From Bacteroidales bacterium (GTDB lineage Bacteria; Bacteroidota; Bacteroidia; Bacteroidales; UBA3663), in contig JAFSKF010000019.1 of NCBI GenBank assembly GCA_017449065.1, positions 56,952-120,951 of the forward strand: a stretch of 64,000 bases of DNA. The letters are read 5' to 3'. Positions 52,732-62,607 of the stretch are shown piece after piece. The notes below the pieces were generated by a model. The model saw only the letters and a program-made list of their open reading frames with translations, was not told the DNA's origin and made no database searches. How positions within the stretch are numbered: position 1 is the first letter of the stretch; the number at the start of each line of letters is the position of its first letter. The position numbers and the translations under genes are program-made.

Positions 52732-54897
52732 TTACAATCCGAACTTTTCGTAGAAGTCGCGTTCGGCCATGATTTCGACCCCTAACTGGCGGGCTTTGTC
52801 GATTTTGTTCTGTCCGGGAGCATCGCCGGTAACCACATAGTTCACCTTGCCCGAAACCGAGCCGACGTATTTGGCTCCGTGTCCGATGAAAAACTCTTTG
52901 ATCTCGTCGCGCTTGAAGCGATAGCTCGTTCCCGTAAAGATTATCGTCAATCCGGACAGTGCATCGCCTAACTTTTCGGCCGCCTGGAAGGTCGTATGGA
53001 AGGGGAGGGGAGCGCCGATCCGGTTGGCGCGTTCGTCTCCGCCCCACAGGCAGGCATAATCCGAAAGATCCGCATCCAGGATATTGCGAGCCATGATCTC
53101 GCCGATGCCTTCAATCAGCATCAGTTCCTCTAAGTTCGTGTGGCGGAATGCCTCCAGCGACCCGAAGTGCTGCGCCAGCAGTTTGCCCGTAATCTTGCCG
53201 ACGCCGTCGATGCCCAAACCGCCCAGCATCCGGTCGAGCGTCAGTGTCTGCACGCTTTGCCGAATGCCGTCCAGCATCAGCCGGATGCTTTTCTCGGCAT
53301 AGCCTTCGCCCAACTTGTCTTGCAGATAAGCCGTATAGTCGGTGTGGAAGATGTCGGCTTCATAATGCTCCGCTTCGACCACGAACACGCGATACAGATC
53401 GTTTACGGAAGCAATATCCAAGAGGTCGTACAGATCGGCCAGCACGTTCGGGCCCAATCCCTTGATGTTGGCGCAATCCTTGCCGCACCAGTATTCCAGG
53501 TGCTGGATGGCCTGTTCCTTGCAATGGCGGTTCGGACAAATCCAATACTCACCCTTCTTCTCCAGGTTCGTGCCGCAGCAAGGACAAGCCGTCGGGAAAA
53601 CAATCGGGGACGTGACCACCGCTTCGGCAGCGTTGCGGACATCATCGAGGCCCGTCACCTGCGGAATCACTTCGCCGGCTTTCTGCACAAACACGTAACT
53701 GCCGATGGTGAGGTTCAGCTGTCGGATATAGCTCTCATTATTCAATGTGGCGCGCGCGACGATACTGCCGGAAATGGCAGTCGGATCCAATTCGGCAACG
53801 GGTGTGATGTGTCCGGTCATTCCCACCTGGAAACTGACGCCTCGCACCAGCGTGCTCTGTGCTTCTTGCGGGAACTTGCGTGCCTTGCACCAGTTGGGGA
53901 AGGTGGTGTTCAGGCCCAGAAACTCCTGATGCCGGCGGCTGTTGACTTTCACAACCACTCCGTCGCAGTCGTAGGGCAACTGGTGGCTGGTGCGCACCTC
54001 GTTGAAGCGGTTGATGGCTGCCGACAGCTGATCTGCGTCGTCGAAAGCGCGGCTGTCCGGATAATGACTGAATCCGAGACGGTCGAGCAACGCCAAAGTG
54101 GCTTCCTGCGAAGGCATGTTTTCCTGCTGCCACTTCAGGTCGGTCGAATAGGCAGCATAGGCATTCACAATCAGGCCGCGCCTGGCTGTCACCTTCGGAT
54201 CGAGCTGTTTCAGGCTTCCCGATGCCGCATTGCGCTTGTTGGCAAACGGCTTTTCCCCTTGTGCCGCCTTTTCGGCATTCAGACGGTCGAAGGAGCCTTG
54301 CGGCATCAGCACTTCTCCGCGCACATCGAGCACATGGGGCAGCGAGAGCGAAGGTTCGGCAAACAGGTCTTCAACGGGTGCAGCAGGCACCTGCAGACGA
54401 TGCGGCACATTGATGATGGTCTTCACATTCGCCAGCACCGATTCCCCTTCCAGCTGGTTGCCGCGCGTTACGGCATCGGTCAGCACTCCGTCGGTATAGA
54501 TCAGCGAAATGGAGAGCCCGTCGTATTTCGGCTCGTAGGTGTAGGAAATCGTTTCGTGGGGGAACGCTGCCTTCAGTTGTCTGGTGGTCGATGCCAGCCA
54601 TTCTTGCAGTTCCTCGTCGCTATATACATTCTCGATACTCTGCATCGGAATGATGTGGCGATGTTTCTCGAAGCCGCCCTGAATGTCCGATCCTACGCGT
54701 TGCGTCGGGCTTCCTTCCAAGACGGTTCCGCTTTCGGATTCTAACTTTTGCAGTTGCTTGAACTCCATATCGAACTCGAAGTCCGACATCGGCGGATCGT
54801 TTTCGATATAATATTTCATCGATGCCCACGACAAAGCTGCCGTCAGGCTTGCCTGATTGCTGGTGTCTCTTCGGTTGAAATCCTCAAGGGTGTACAT
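52732..54897 (-). CDS. ligA: NAD-dependent DNA ligase
   Basis: 721 aa with the adenylation motif EPKYDGLSISL, a four-Cys zinc finger (CPCCG...CPNRHC), an HhH region and a C-terminal BRCT domain. Confidence 0.95.
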   Translation of the reverse strand: MYTLEDFNRRDTSNQASLTAALSWASMKYYIENDPPMSDFEFDMEFKQLQKLESESGTVLEGSPTQRVGSDIQGGFEKHRHIIPMQSIENVYSDEELQEWLASTTRQLKAAFPHETISYTYEPKYDGLSISLIYTDGVLTDAVTRGNQLEGESVLANVKTIINVPHRLQVPAAPVEDLFAEPSLSLPHVLDVRGEVLMPQGSFDRLNAEKAAQGEKPFANKRNAASGSLKQLDPKVTARRGLIVNAYAAYSTDLKWQQENMPSQEATLALLDRLGFSHYPDSRAFDDADQLSAAINRFNEVRTSHQLPYDCDGVVVKVNSRRHQEFLGLNTTFPNWCKARKFPQEAQSTLVRGVSFQVGMTGHITPVAELDPTAISGSIVARATLNNESYIRQLNLTIGSYVFVQKAGEVIPQVTGLDDVRNAAEAVVTSPIVFPTACPCCGTNLEKKGEYWICPNRHCKEQAIQHLEYWCGKDCANIKGLGPNVLADLYDLLDIASVNDLYRVFVVEAEHYEADIFHTDYTAYLQDKLGEGYAEKSIRLMLDGIRQSVQTLTLDRMLGGLGIDGVGKITGKLLAQHFGSLEAFRHTNLEELMLIEGIGEIMARNILDADLSDYACLWGGDERANRIGAPLPFHTTFQAAEKLGDALSGLTIIFTGTSYRFKRDEIKEFFIGHGAKYVGSVSGKVNYVVTGDAPGQNKIDKARQLGVEIMAERDFYEKFGL

Positions 54898-54922
54898 GGC
54901 TGTTCTCTACAAAAATGACGTT

Positions 54923-55621
54923 TTATTCTTCTGCAAGCAGGTCGGGACGAAGTCTTTGGGTGCGTTCGACCGCCTGATCGTGCTCCCATTCGCGAATTTT
55001 GCGTTCGTGTCCGGAAAGCAGAATCTCGGGAACCGTCCACTCTTCGCCCGAAACAGAGGTATAGGTGGAAGGACGGGTATAGACAGGAGGAGCCAGCAGA
55101 TCGTCCTGAAACGAGTCGGAAAGGGCGCTCTGTTCGTCGCCGATGGCACCCGGAATGACGCGCACCACGGCATCGGTGATGATGGCAGCCGGGAGTTCGC
55201 CGCCCGTCAGCACATAGTCGCCGATGGTGATTTCTTTCGTAATAAGGTGCTCGCGGATGCGTTGGTCGATGCCCTTGTAGTGTCCGCAAAGGATGATCAG
55301 GTTCTCGCACATCGAGAGATCGTTGGCCATGTGCTGGTTGAAGGTTTCTCCGTCGGGGGTTACGAAAATCACTTCGTCGTAGGTGCGCTGCGACTTGAGT
55401 TCGGAGATGCAGCGGTCGATGGGTTCGCATTGCATCACCATACCGGCCGATCCGCCAAAGGCGTAGTCATCGACGCTGCGGCGCTTCTCGTCGGTGCTCC
55501 AGTCGCGCAGGTTGTGCACATGAATCTCCACCAGTCCTTTGTTCTGTGCACGCTTCAATATACTTTGGTTCAACGGACTTTCCAGCAGTTCCGGTAAGAC
55601 CGTAATAATATCGATTCGCAT
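54923..55621 (-). CDS. trmD: tRNA (guanine37-N1)-methyltransferase
   Basis: [18 protein letters not shown]-terminus and the SPOUT-knot motif GGELPA. Confidence 0.93.
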   Translation of the reverse strand: MRIDIITVLPELLESPLNQSILKRAQNKGLVEIHVHNLRDWSTDEKRRSVDDYAFGGSAGMVMQCEPIDRCISELKSQRTYDEVIFVTPDGETFNQHMANDLSMCENLIILCGHYKGIDQRIREHLITKEITIGDYVLTGGELPAAIITDAVVRVIPGAIGDEQSALSDSFQDDLLAPPVYTRPSTYTSVSGEEWTVPEILLSGHERKIREWEHDQAVERTQRLRPDLLAEE

Positions 55622-55733
55622 TTTTATTCAGTTCTGGAAAATTATACTACATAACTATGGAAAAAATTTTCTCAGTTGGGGAATTTTTACTCCCCAGTTA
55701 GGAAAAAATATTTTCCCTGTAGGGTCGCAAAAA

Positions 55734-57563
55734 TTACAATGTTTGCATATCGTTCAGCCGCTTGTAATAGCCGCCCTTGGCAATCAGTTCCTCGTGGGTG
55801 CCGCGTTCCACGATTTCGCCCTCAAACAGTACGCATATCTCGTCGGCGTGACGGATGGTTGACAGACGGTGGGCGATGGCGATCGTGGTGCGCGACTTCA
55901 TCAGGCGCTCCAAGGCTTCTTGCACCAGACGCTCCGATTCGGTGTCGAGGGCAGATGTGGCTTCGTCGAGAATCAGAATCGGCGGGTTCTTCAGGATGGC
56001 GCGGGCAATGGAGATGCGCTGGCGCTGACCGCCCGAAAGACGTCCGCCGCGATCGCCGATCATCGTGTCGTAGCCGTGCTCGCTTTCCATAATAAACTCG
56101 TGCGCGTTGGCAATCTTGGCTGCCGCAATCACCTCTTCCATCGTGGCATTCTCTACGCCGAAAGTAATATTATTATAAAAGGTGTCGTTAAACAGGATGG
56201 CTTCCTGGTTCACATTGCCAATCAGGCTGCGCAGGTCGGCGATGCGTACGTCTTTGATGTTCTTGCCATCAATCAGGATTTCGCCTTCGTGCACATCATG
56301 GTAGCGAGGCAAGAGATCGACCAGCGTCGATTTGCCGGAGCCCGACTGTCCGACCAAAGCAATGGTCTTGCCTTTCTCGACCGTCAGGTTCACGTTCTTC
56401 AGGACTTTGCGTCCGTCGCTGCCGGCATAGGCGAAACTTACGTTGCGCACCTCCAAGCTCTTCTCGAAGTTGTCGAGCGGTTGTGGGTTGGCCGGATCGG
56501 CAATCGGGTTCTCGGCTTTCAGGATCATGTCGATGCGATCCATCGAAGCCAGACCTTGCGGCACGTTATAGAACGCCTTGCTGAACTCCTTGATCGGGTT
56601 GATGACCGTATAGAGAATCACCAGATAGTAGATAAACATAGCGGCATCCATGTTGTAGTCGTGCAGGATGAAGAAACCGCCCACCCAAAGCACAAAGACG
56701 ATGATGCAGGTGCCCATGAACTCGCTCATCGGGTGAGCAGATGCCTGACGGGTGGAAACGCTGCTCGAAGCATCGCGATACACATTGTTTGTCTTCACGA
56801 AACGGGCCAGCATCTTGTTTTCGGCGATGAAGGCCTTGATGACACGAAGTCCACCCAAGGTTTCGTCCAGTTCGGTCATAATCTGTCCCCACTGCTCCTG
56901 CACGAACTTCGACTTGCGCTTCAGTTTGCGGGTGACAGTTCCCATTGCCCAAACCATCACGGGTGCGGTGAGCAGCACAACCACCGTCAGCTGCCAGCTG
57001 ATGAAGAACAGCGTGCAGAAGCAAACCAGAATGGCAATAGGGTTCTTGATGAGCATATCGACCGAAGAGGTCAGGCTGTGCTCCACCATCTGCACGTCCG
57101 AACTCATGCGCGCCACGATGTCGCCCTTGCGTTCCTCGCTGAAGAAAGCCATCGGCAGTCGCAACACTTTCTCATACATCTGAATGCGGATGTCGCGAAC
57201 TACGCCCGTACGGAAAGGAATCATAATCGCCGACGAAGCGAAATACGAACCGGTTCGCAGTAGCGTCATTACAATCAGCAGGGCACCCATCATGAGCAGC
57301 ACATAAAACTGACCGTGCTCCACAATCAGCTGCTGGGTGTACCAATAGGCATCGTTGATGATCACATCCTTATCGAGCGCCAGTTCCTGATATTCATAGA
57401 CATTATTATCGACCTTAAACAGAATCTGCAGGATCGGCACAATGGCCGCAAACGAGAATACGCTCAGCCACTGGCTGACGAAGTTCAGAAGAATGGAACC
57501 TGCCAGATATTTTTTATAGGGCTTCACATATCGGCCCATGATGGAGAAAAACTGTTTCAGCAT
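55734..57563 (-). CDS. ABC transporter permease/ATP-binding protein (MsbA-like exporter)
   Basis: An N-terminal six-TM domain, then Walker A GQSGSGKST, signature LSGGQRQR and Walker B ILILDEATSALD. Confidence 0.9.
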   Translation of the reverse strand: MLKQFFSIMGRYVKPYKKYLAGSILLNFVSQWLSVFSFAAIVPILQILFKVDNNVYEYQELALDKDVIINDAYWYTQQLIVEHGQFYVLLMMGALLIVMTLLRTGSYFASSAIMIPFRTGVVRDIRIQMYEKVLRLPMAFFSEERKGDIVARMSSDVQMVEHSLTSSVDMLIKNPIAILVCFCTLFFISWQLTVVVLLTAPVMVWAMGTVTRKLKRKSKFVQEQWGQIMTELDETLGGLRVIKAFIAENKMLARFVKTNNVYRDASSSVSTRQASAHPMSEFMGTCIIVFVLWVGGFFILHDYNMDAAMFIYYLVILYTVINPIKEFSKAFYNVPQGLASMDRIDMILKAENPIADPANPQPLDNFEKSLEVRNVSFAYAGSDGRKVLKNVNLTVEKGKTIALVGQSGSGKSTLVDLLPRYHDVHEGEILIDGKNIKDVRIADLRSLIGNVNQEAILFNDTFYNNITFGVENATMEEVIAAAKIANAHEFIMESEHGYDTMIGDRGGRLSGGQRQRISIARAILKNPPILILDEATSALDTESERLVQEALERLMKSRTTIAIAHRLSTIRHADEICVLFEGEIVERGTHEELIAKGGYYKRLNDMQTL

Positions 57564-57594
57564 AAACGTGATTTATGTTCGAAGAATTTTGTTG

Positions 57595-58527
57595 TCAGAT
57601 TTTGACCCGGTCGAAGTTGGCGATACGGGCCACCAGCAATTCGCGCGGAATGATGCGCTTCACGGCGCCGGTCACGATATTTAGCATACGTTCGCGCATA
57701 TAGTCCTTGCGGATGGCGAGCGTCACCGTGCGGAAGAACTTGCCGGTATTGATGCGTGCGATGCCTGCCTGATATTCCTGCGGCAGACAAAGGGCGAATG
57801 TTTCGGGAATCAGCGTGTAGCCGGCGCTGACCTCCACCGTCTGCAAGAGCGTTTGCAGGCTGCCGCAGTCGAGCGAGTTGTGATAGAGGGAAGGCTGGTG
57901 GGTCACTTCGGTCAGCTGCGGATAGCGGTCGTGAAAAGAGCGGAGCGTCCACATCTGTCCGTCGCGCAAATCTTCGATACGGATGTTTTCTTGCCCGAAA
58001 AGCCGGTTGTTCCGGGAGGCATATACCACAAAGCGTTCCTGCCAAAGGTCAATGGTCAGGAGGTTGGTGTCCGTAACGTCGTTGTTCGAGATGATGGCCA
58101 TATCAATGGCTGAACGTTGCAGCTCCTCAATCAGGTCGAGCGGCATTTTTTCGTACAAGTGGGCTTCCATCGAAGGATTCTCCTGCTGCACGAACTGGCT
58201 GAGTTTCGGGAAAAGGAGGGGGGCGACCGAAGGAATCATGCCGATCAGCAGTTTGCCGCGCTCTTCATCGCGTTCGCTTTCCACCATTTCGCGCAGTTGG
58301 GCAGAGTTGTGCAGAATCACTTCCGCCTGCTGGATGATTTTTTTGCCCATCGGAGTCGGCTCGATCGGATGCTTCGAGCGGTCGAAGATAATCACGTCGA
58401 TTTCCTGTTCCAGTTTGGCAATCGTCGTGCTGAGGGTCGATTGGGTGACTCCGCATTGGGTTGCGGCATTCACAAAATGTCGGGACTTGTCAACGGCTAC
58501 GATATATTCCAACTGCTGGAAGGTCAT
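57595..58527 (-). CDS. LysR-family transcriptional regulator
   Basis: 310 aa starting from the ATG at 58527. The N-terminal HTH is MTFQQLEYIVAVDKSRHFVNAATQCGVTQSTLSTTIAKLE. The rest of track ORF 57595..59751 is antisense to nrdD. Confidence 0.88.
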   Translation of the reverse strand: MTFQQLEYIVAVDKSRHFVNAATQCGVTQSTLSTTIAKLEQEIDVIIFDRSKHPIEPTPMGKKIIQQAEVILHNSAQLREMVESERDEERGKLLIGMIPSVAPLLFPKLSQFVQQENPSMEAHLYEKMPLDLIEELQRSAIDMAIISNNDVTDTNLLTIDLWQERFVVYASRNNRLFGQENIRIEDLRDGQMWTLRSFHDRYPQLTEVTHQPSLYHNSLDCGSLQTLLQTVEVSAGYTLIPETFALCLPQEYQAGIARINTGKFFRTVTLAIRKDYMRERMLNIVTGAVKRIIPRELLVARIANFDRVKI

Positions 58528-58607
58528 AATGGGCTTGAAAAACTTTTTTGGAGCACCGAAAAGAGGGATGGATGCCGCCAAAATGGCATTATTGATTTTT
58601 ATCGATG

Positions 58608-58615
58608 CAAAGATA
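58608..58615 (-). promoter_or_regulatory. candidate -7 promoter box (TATCTTTG on minus strand) for the LysR gene
   Basis: Matches TAnnTTTG, 81 nt upstream of the ATG at 58527. Confidence 0.4.
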
Positions 58616-58650
58616 GATAAAATCTGTTTGAATAGCTCAACAAAAGTCTG

Positions 58651-58658
58651 TAAATTTG
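58651..58658 (+). promoter_or_regulatory. candidate -7 promoter box TAAATTTG for nrdD
   Basis: Matches TAnnTTTG, 65 nt upstream of the ATG at 58723. Confidence 0.45.
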
Positions 58659-58722
58659 CACCCGATTTCCGAAAAATTTGAAAATATTTTAATTTTGTAA
58701 TTCGTAAATATAAAAAACAACC

Positions 58723-60930
58723 ATGATTCAAAAAGTAATCAAACGCGATGGCCGTACCGTTGACTTTAACTTCAATAAAATTGAAGATGCGGTTCGCAAA
58801 GCCATGGAAGCAACAGAGAAAGGGATTGACGCCATTCTGGCAGCCACCATTGCCGATCAGGTAGCCAAGCAGGGCGATGCCTTCATGCACGTCGAGAAGA
58901 TTCAGGACAAGGTCGAGGAGGCGCTGATGAATTCCGATCGCAAGGAAGTTGCCCGTGTCTATATTTCTTATCGTAATGCGCGTAACGTTGCACGTAAGGC
59001 CAAAACCAAGGAAATTTTCGAGTCGATTATCGGTGTGAAGAACAACGATATCACCCGCGAAAATGCCAACATGAACGCAGATACTCCGGCCGGCATGATG
59101 ATGAAGTTCGCGTCCGAATCGACCAAGCCTTTCGTCGATGATTATCTGTTGAGCGAGGATGTGCGCGAAGCCGTCAAGAAATGTTACATCCACATTCACG
59201 ACAAAGACTATTATCCGACCAAGTCGCTGACCTGCGTGCAGCATCCATTGAACACCATTCTGCAGCACGGATTGAAGGCTGCTCATGCCGAAAGCCGTCC
59301 GGCAAAACGTATTGAGACCGCTTCTGTTCAGGCTTGTATTAGCCTCGAAACCGCACAGAACGAGATGCACGGCGGACAGGCTATTCCGGCCCTCGACTTT
59401 TATTTCGCTCCTTATGTGCGTCTTACCTATAAAGAGGAAATTAAGGTGCTGGAGGACTTCGAAGGACAGGATTACACCCGCTTGCTCGATGTCCCCATCA
59501 AAGATTACATCAAGAAACCGCTGACCGATTTGAAGGGCGACGACCGCATTGTGCAGCAAGCCATCAATCGCACCGTAGCCCGTGTGCATCAGGCCATGGA
59601 GGCATTCATCCACAACATGAATACCATTCATAGCCGTGGAGGTAACCAGGTAGTGTTCTCGAGCGTGAACTACGGTACCGATACCAGCGCTGAAGGACGT
59701 TGCGTGATGCGCGAATTGTTGCATTCTACTTACGAAGGCGTCGGCAATCACTCTACCGCCATCTTCCCGATTCAGATCTGGAAAAAGAAGCGCGGTGTGA
59801 ACTACCTGCCAGGCGATCCGAACTACGATCTCTACGAGTTGGCTTGTAAGGTTTCTGCCCGTCGTTTCTTCCCGAACTTCCTAAACCTCGATGCTACCTA
59901 TAACTATCATGAGGATTGGAAAGCCGACGATCCGGAGCGCTATAAGTATGAGGTAGCTACCATGGGTTGCCGCACACGTGTGTTCGAGAACCGTTTCGGT
60001 CCAAAGACTTCCATTGGACGTGGTAATATCTCGTTCACTACCATCAATATCGTGGCATTGGCTATCGAGAGCATGAGCGAGCCAACCGTCGAGAAGCGCG
60101 TCGAAGTCTTCATGCTCCGTCTGAACGAGATGTGCGAACTCGTGGCAAAGCAGCTCGACCAGCGCTTCCAGTTCCAGAAAACCGCATTGGCCAAGCAGTT
60201 CCCATTGGTGATGTCGTGCCTTTGGACGGGAGCCGACAAGTTGGGCCCGAACGACACCATCGAACCGGTCATCAATCAGGGTACCCTGGGCATCGGTTTC
60301 ATCGGTTTGGCAGAAGCCTTGATTGCCCTGACAGGCAAGCATCACGGAGAAAGCGAAGAGAGCCAGAAGTTAGGTTTGAAGATCGTCAGCTTCATGAAGA
60401 AGAAAGTGGGTGAGTTCTGCGACCGCTATCAGCACAACTATTCCGTATTGGCTACTCCTGCAGAGGGTCTTTCGGGCCGATTTACCCGCATCGACAAGAA
60501 GCGTTACGGCATTATTCCGGGTGTCACCGATAAGGATTACTACACCAATTCAAATCACGTTCCGGTATATTACAAGTGCAGCATCAAGCATAAGGCAGAA
60601 GTGGAGGCTCCTTATCACGATCTGACGGGTGGTGGACACATCTTCTATGTGGAGATTGACGGCGATGCCACACACAATCCGGAAACCATCATGAAGGTGG
60701 TCGATCTGATGGATCAGCTCAATATGGGTTACGGATCGGTGAACCACAATCGCAACCGTTGTATGGAATGCGGACATGAGGATGCCATCGAAGGAGAGGA
60801 GTGCTGTCCGGAGTGCGGTTCTACCCATATCGACAAGCTGCAGCGAATCACCGGTTATCTGGTTGGCACCACCGATCGCTGGAACTCCGGCAAACTGGCT
60901 GAGCTGAAGGACCGTGTGCGTCACACCTGA
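58723..60930 (+). CDS. nrdD: anaerobic ribonucleoside-triphosphate reductase
   Basis: ATP-cone N-terminus (VIKRDGRTVDFNFNKIEDAV), a C-terminal Cys cluster (CMECGH...CPECGS) and the glycyl-radical motif RITGYLVG. Confidence 0.95.
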   Translation: MIQKVIKRDGRTVDFNFNKIEDAVRKAMEATEKGIDAILAATIADQVAKQGDAFMHVEKIQDKVEEALMNSDRKEVARVYISYRNARNVARKAKTKEIFESIIGVKNNDITRENANMNADTPAGMMMKFASESTKPFVDDYLLSEDVREAVKKCYIHIHDKDYYPTKSLTCVQHPLNTILQHGLKAAHAESRPAKRIETASVQACISLETAQNEMHGGQAIPALDFYFAPYVRLTYKEEIKVLEDFEGQDYTRLLDVPIKDYIKKPLTDLKGDDRIVQQAINRTVARVHQAMEAFIHNMNTIHSRGGNQVVFSSVNYGTDTSAEGRCVMRELLHSTYEGVGNHSTAIFPIQIWKKKRGVNYLPGDPNYDLYELACKVSARRFFPNFLNLDATYNYHEDWKADDPERYKYEVATMGCRTRVFENRFGPKTSIGRGNISFTTINIVALAIESMSEPTVEKRVEVFMLRLNEMCELVAKQLDQRFQFQKTALAKQFPLVMSCLWTGADKLGPNDTIEPVINQGTLGIGFIGLAEALIALTGKHHGESEESQKLGLKIVSFMKKKVGEFCDRYQHNYSVLATPAEGLSGRFTRIDKKRYGIIPGVTDKDYYTNSNHVPVYYKCSIKHKAEVEAPYHDLTGGGHIFYVEIDGDATHNPETIMKVVDLMDQLNMGYGSVNHNRNRCMECGHEDAIEGEECCPECGSTHIDKLQRITGYLVGTTDRWNSGKLAELKDRVRHT

Positions 60931-60982
60931 TTCTTTTGCGACTGAAAAAATTGCTTATATAAGAGCCCTGTTCTATGAACAG

Positions 60983-61020
60983 AATAAGACGGAGTCCCAT
61001 TTGGTTGACTCCGTCTTATT
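60983..61020. terminator. bidirectional terminator hairpin
   Basis: A perfect 14-bp inverted repeat, AATAAGACGGAGTC-N10-GACTCCGTCTTATT, between convergent nrdD and the kinase gene. Confidence 0.8.
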
Positions 61021-61969
61021 ATTTATGACAAATCCTAAACTCAGGATCTACGTAATTGTAAATGCTTTGACAGACATTAGCCGAGAACTTCTGCCCGATG
61101 GCAACCAGGGTTCGCCAAGTTTCGGAAGATGCCTTGTGCAGTTGTGCTTTGGTTAATTCCCGTTCGACAATACCATAGAGGAATCCGGCATTGAAGTTGT
61201 CGCCGGCTCCGATGGTGCTGACGGTTTGGATGGGAGCAACGGGAATCTGCAAGGTCTGGTCGGGTGTAAATACCCAGGCGGGACGTCCTCCGTCGGTGCA
61301 AATGAAATTCGGACAAAGCGGGCGGATGTACTTTTCATAAACTTCCTGCGGGTCGGTGCTGCCATAAAGGTAGCCGAAATCTTCGGCGGAACCGCGTACC
61401 ACATCGCTTAACCGACAGTTCTCAATAATATTATCGATGGTATCTGGAATGTCGGCAATGTGGCTGGCGCGGAAGTTGATGTCGTAATACAAGATGGCAC
61501 CTGCCCGATGTGCGGCTTGAAGAAGTTGGCGAGTATAATCGCGCAAAACCGGATTGATGGCAAAGAAAGAGCCGAATAGAACTACGTCGTTTGCTGTGAA
61601 ACCGCCTAAACTTTCAATTTTGTCGGCCTGCAAAGAGGCGTGCTTGTGATCTTTGTAGAACTCGTATTGCGCATCGTTACTATCGTTGAGGAAGGCCATC
61701 GAAATGTGGCTTTGTGTGCCCGGATTGCGTGTCACTCCCTGCGTCGAAACATGATTCTCTTGCATGAAGTTCACGATGATGTCGCCAATATGATCATCTC
61801 CTGTTTCGGTTATCATCAGAATCTGTTTTTCCGGATGCTTCACACCGATGGTGCGGCCTAATGAAATCATGGCGTTGAAAGTCGAACCGCCGGGAACTGC
61901 GGCTGTGGGTTGGTCGTTTTTGAAAATAACGTCGAGAACCGTTTCTCCGATACCGATAAGTCTGCGCAT
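61019..61969 (-). CDS. PfkB-family carbohydrate/nucleoside kinase
   Basis: GIGETVLDVIF and PGGSTFN N-terminal motifs and a C-terminal GAGDNFNAG anion hole. The start at 61969 (MRRLIGIG) abuts the pnuC stop. The track ORF extends to 62011. Confidence 0.8.
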   Translation of the reverse strand: MRRLIGIGETVLDVIFKNDQPTAAVPGGSTFNAMISLGRTIGVKHPEKQILMITETGDDHIGDIIVNFMQENHVSTQGVTRNPGTQSHISMAFLNDSNDAQYEFYKDHKHASLQADKIESLGGFTANDVVLFGSFFAINPVLRDYTRQLLQAAHRAGAILYYDINFRASHIADIPDTIDNIIENCRLSDVVRGSAEDFGYLYGSTDPQEVYEKYIRPLCPNFICTDGGRPAWVFTPDQTLQIPVAPIQTVSTIGAGDNFNAGFLYGIVERELTKAQLHKASSETWRTLVAIGQKFSANVCQSIYNYVDPEFRICHK

Positions 61970-61971
61970 TT

Positions 61972-62586
61972 TTAAGGGGTATTTATCTGTTCCTTCATCA
62001 GTTTCAGCCATTTGCGGTAGCCAAACCAGGCGATAATGGTATAGAAACTATAGAGTACGGCATAGAAGGGGATGCCTTTGTAGGTGTAAAGGAAACAGCA
62101 AACCAGATCGACAACCAGCCACACTAACCATTGTTCGGCATGTTTGCGTGCCAGCATCCAATAGGCGATGATGCTGAGGGCTGTGGTGAAAGCATCGGCA
62201 ATCGGAACATTGCTGGGCGTAAAGGTGACCAACAGCCACCAGATGCCTACCCATAGTAACAAAGATGCACACACCAGCGGAAGGATGAGCTTCCGAGGTG
62301 TGTGTATGATAGGGAGTTCTTTTTTTGTCTGTTTCTCTTTTTCGATTCTGTCGTGATTGCCGTATTTCCAGACAATCCAGCCGTAGATGGCAATGGCCAC
62401 GTAGTAGATGTTCATCGCACAGTCGGCATACAGCCCTTTGTTGAAATACAGGCAAAGGCTGATGCTGGGCATGATGATGCTGGCAATCCAAAGGTAGATG
62501 CTGGCCTTCCACTCTAAGTAGAGATAGATAAGCCCGACAATAAATCCGAAGATTTCAAGTCCGTGTCCGATGAAGAATTCCTGCAT
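61972..62586 (-). CDS. pnuC: PnuC-family nicotinamide riboside-type transporter
   Basis: 204 aa with about 7 TM segments, W-rich motifs and a C-terminal WLVWLVVDLV...YSFYTIIAWFGYRKW typical of PnuC. Confidence 0.8.
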   Translation of the reverse strand: MQEFFIGHGLEIFGFIVGLIYLYLEWKASIYLWIASIIMPSISLCLYFNKGLYADCAMNIYYVAIAIYGWIVWKYGNHDRIEKEKQTKKELPIIHTPRKLILPLVCASLLLWVGIWWLLVTFTPSNVPIADAFTTALSIIAYWMLARKHAEQWLVWLVVDLVCCFLYTYKGIPFYAVLYSFYTIIAWFGYRKWLKLMKEQINTP

Positions 62587-62607
62587 GGTCGATGCTTTTA
62601 GTGTGGC

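Noticed and set aside
52404-53047. Minus-strand ORFs 52404..52628 (74 aa) and 52625..53047 (140 aa)
   Set aside because: The first spans the promoter and palindrome region and the duplicated ligA fragment. The second is an alternative frame over the ligA 3' end with Arg-rich junk composition.
53140-54744. 534-aa ORF on the plus strand
   Set aside because: It is antisense to ligA, which has the KxDG adenylation motif, a zinc finger and a BRCT domain. This is a shadow ORF.
55869-57263. 464-aa ORF on the plus strand
   Set aside because: It is antisense to the ABC exporter, which has Walker A, signature and Walker B motifs. This is a shadow ORF.
58528-59751. Upstream 400 codons of the 718-aa minus-strand ORF 57595..59751
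   Set aside because: This part is antisense to nrdD and spans the divergent promoter region. Only the last 310 codons (57595-58527) form a LysR-family protein with an N-terminal HTH.
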